In this document: in pieces, positions 61,230-64,000 of the stretch
Layout: each line of letters begins with the position of its first letter
How positions within the stretch are numbered: position 1 is the stretch's first letter
Notes under the pieces: generated by a model
What the model was told of the DNA's origin: nothing
What the model saw: only the letters and a program-made list of their open reading frames with translations
Database searches by the model: none
Translations under genes and position numbers: made by a program
Assembly: GCA_964016885.1 (NCBI GenBank)
Contig: OZ024743.1
Location: forward strand, 143,840,001 to 143,904,000
Direction of reading: 5' to 3'
Source: Eledone cirrhosa
Taxonomy: Eukaryota
DNA length: 64,000 nucleotides

Positions 61230-61300
<71 letters not shown>

Positions 61301-61438
61301 TGTGTATGTAGTTAACTGAAGGTATTTAACAGTATATGTGTGTGTGCCTGTGTGGTTAATTGCTGATATATAATAGTATGTGTGTGTGGTTAATTGCAGG
61401 TACATAACAGTATGAATGTATGGGATTAACTGCAGGTA

Positions 61439-61775
61439 CTCTCAGGTCCCAAATAATAGAGGAGTGGCATAAATGGGGTGGAGATGGAAAATCAGTCATT
61501 TTTTTAGGTTGTCTCCATTGATATTTTTAAAAACCGATCCTATTTATTTTATAATGTATGGGATTTCTAGTAATGTACTTTTTTTTTGTCATATATAATG
61601 TTTTTTTTAATGTATAAAGAAAATTGTCACAGGAATGCTACCACTTAAAACAAAATTTTGCCAGAGACAGATTAGCAAAATTTAATAAGCGGGTGGGTTG
61701 GAATATGAGTTGGGGTTTTGGAAAAAATCTGAAAAATTAAGAAGTGGCAGGTTATGATTATTAGAGACACGAGAG
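61439..61775. mobile_element. TA-flanked MITE (Tc1/mariner superfamily-like)
   Basis: TA-CTCTCAGGTCCCAAATAAT ... ATTATTAGAGACACGAGAG-TA. Confidence 0.55.
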
Positions 61776-62021
61776 TATATAACAGTGTGCGCACGCTTGA
61801 ATGCATGCTTGTTTGGTTAACTGAAGGTACATGAGAGCTCTAAAGTACAGCTGAGATGTTATGAATGTTGGGGATCTAGTCGTCTTAAAGTATAGAGTAG
61901 ATGGGAATTAGAGCATGGTTTGTTGTTTGGAGAATATTATTAGGGTGGAATTTTCTTTCATCCTTTAAGGGTCAGTTATATATAAAGGGATGTAACTAAA
62001 TACCATAAGGCATTTTGTGTG

Positions 62022-62201
62022 GTGGATTGGCAGTATCAGTGGAGGGTCGGACGCCATGCTTTCCAGCATAGTTACGTCCCTTTACGATCTGAGTTCAAAT
62101 CCCGCCGAGGTTGACTTTGCCTTTCATCCTTACGGGGTCGATAAAATAAAGTACCAGTAATGCCCTGGGTAATTGCTGGCCTTGTGCGTAAAGTAGAAAC
62201 A
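62022..62201 (+). mobile_element. tRNA-related SINE with 16-bp TSD and captured 5' filler
   Basis: Box B GTTCAAATCCC; TSD ATTATTAGGGTGGAAT at 61936-61951 and 62202-62217. Confidence 0.85.
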
Positions 62202-63451
62202 ATTATTAGGGTGGAATAAGCAAGTGGTGAACATTTATTAACTTAAGATAAATTGATAGATATTTTCTTGTGACTACCCTACATTTATATTCTTAACTAT
62301 AATAAAGAAAGGAGTGCGGGACTGCATCCAGAATATATGTTTTTACCCCATTTGTAAAATAAGTTGGATTACTTTGAATAAATAATTAATGAATATTACA
62401 TAATTTGTGCTAAATTTCGTGGCTGTTGATTAAATATATTTTATAGCTTATTAAATTATACAATCAAAAAGTAATATACTTAGTTTTGTTTATTTCACAA
62501 AAACCTATTCAATGTCAAGTTTCCAGGTGATTGAAAATAGGAATTAAACGTTCCCCGCCTCCATCTTGATATTTATGTAACACCCTCTTTTCTGTTTCTC
62601 TCTCTCTCTCTCCACACACAAAGAAATGTGGTGTAATAGAGATAAGTGTCTTACCAACTCCAATCATCTGTGATTAACAGGGCTGAACTTCTTTTTTCAT
62701 CTGTCACAATGAATAAAACAAAGAGTTCAGTCAACTATTTTGTTATATTTTTCTTGATTTTTTTCTTGATCTTTTTTTTTTTTTTTTCTTGTGTGTGTAC
62801 TCATTAAAGTTTCATTCCTTTTGTGTTTTTTGTTTCATTTTAACCCTAATCCTGGCTGATATAGCTGTGACCTGACCTGGGGAAGAAATGGGCTCTGCTA
62901 AGTTTAAAGTGTTCAATGCATGCTGTATGTTACAATGGCATCCCTATGACTTCACCAGGAGATACAGGGCCATACATACACACATATCTACAGAATAGAA
63001 TTAGAAGTACAACTACTTTTTTCTCTGTTTATATACCTGTATGTCCTAATAGGTGACTAAAAGGTTTGGTGCATCAGGCTGTAAAATATTGCCTTAAAAA
63101 GTATAAGTATAAAGTTTATCATGCTGCAGTGCATGGCTAACGTCCATTTTAGCAGGAAAATAGCCTTTAAATGCTTGTTTACTGTCTACTTCGTTATATC
63201 TTAACTGCTGAGGGTTTTTTTCAAATACTTTTTCTAAGGTGTCAACAATTCAATAGCAATCCCATTTCAGACAGATAATTTACATACATGATAAGGAAGA
63301 AGATTATTTTACATACTGGAATATGGAAGAAGATTATACAACACTGACTATGTAATAGTAGTATCTGTGTTGAGGTTCAGCTAATCTCTATACTTTACAA
63401 TTCTATGTTGTCTTGTCTTCCAGAGCTGGTTTCTAATACAATTCTCTGTGA

Positions 63452-63640
63452 TATCATCATCATTGTTTAACGTCTATCTTCCACACTAGCATGGGTTAGA
63501 TGGGAATTGTCCCATTTGAGGTAAGATTGGTCAGGTGACCGTGTCTCGCTCGTATAGGACTATCTGGCAGGTTTTCTACGGTTGGATGTGGACTTGGAGC
63601 TTTTTACCATGTTACCTACATTACAGCGTGGTCTGTTTTT
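63452..63640 (-). mobile_element. RTE 3' UTR fragment
   Basis: Diverged match to 330-560. Confidence 0.75.
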
Positions 63641-63698
63641 TCCTCCCTTTTCTTTTTCCCTTCTTTTTTTTCCCTTTCCTTTTTTTTCCTTTTCTTTC

Positions 63699-63741
<43 letters not shown>

Positions 63742-64000
63742 AGATTTAGCTAACAAAGACTAGAAAATTGGGGAACTATTATTTTCAAATATAGTTATTG
63801 CCATTACTATTAACTCTTAACATCCTGTAATGATTTAGCAGAAAATATCTAAAAGCAAATGTGTTAATTCACCACCATCTTGAATCTCCTTCAATAGCTT
63901 TCTTTCTATCTCTGAAGTAAAAACTTCACATCATAGGCTGCATACAGGTCACAACAACATACCCTGTGTGTGTATGGACCTATCTGCTGGAGACGTATGG

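Overview
AT-rich animal genomic DNA with no confidently identifiable host protein-coding gene. The repeat content resembles an octopod cephalopod, which is my inference only. The first ~37 kb is dominated by long G-interrupted (TA)n microsatellites packed with retroelement insertions. These include RTE-clade LINEs (one near full length, with a PHD finger inserted inside the reverse transcriptase), a 5'-truncated CR1-like LINE, five co-oriented copies of a ~600 bp non-autonomous RTE derivative, and a non-autonomous Helitron carrying a ~173-bp tandem array. Across ~9-45 kb there are four Penelope-like elements (PLEs; three look Naiad-type) and many short PLE-terminal fragments. The most striking pattern is roughly ten different hammerhead-ribozyme (HHR) sequences in PLE termini, several with variant catalytic cores. 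They are repeatedly inserted into (TA)n as asymmetric palindromes: one arm carries an extra tail and the inversion point often falls in the ribozyme. The last ~19 kb is older, decayed sequence (tRNA-SINEs, MITEs, LINE remnants) with weak exon-like candidates and one SINE that captured 71 bp of nearby DNA. The Y/I/M/C-rich ORFs in the ORF track are microsatellite artefacts. All RNA folds were assigned by eye and all family names by motif recognition, without database searches.
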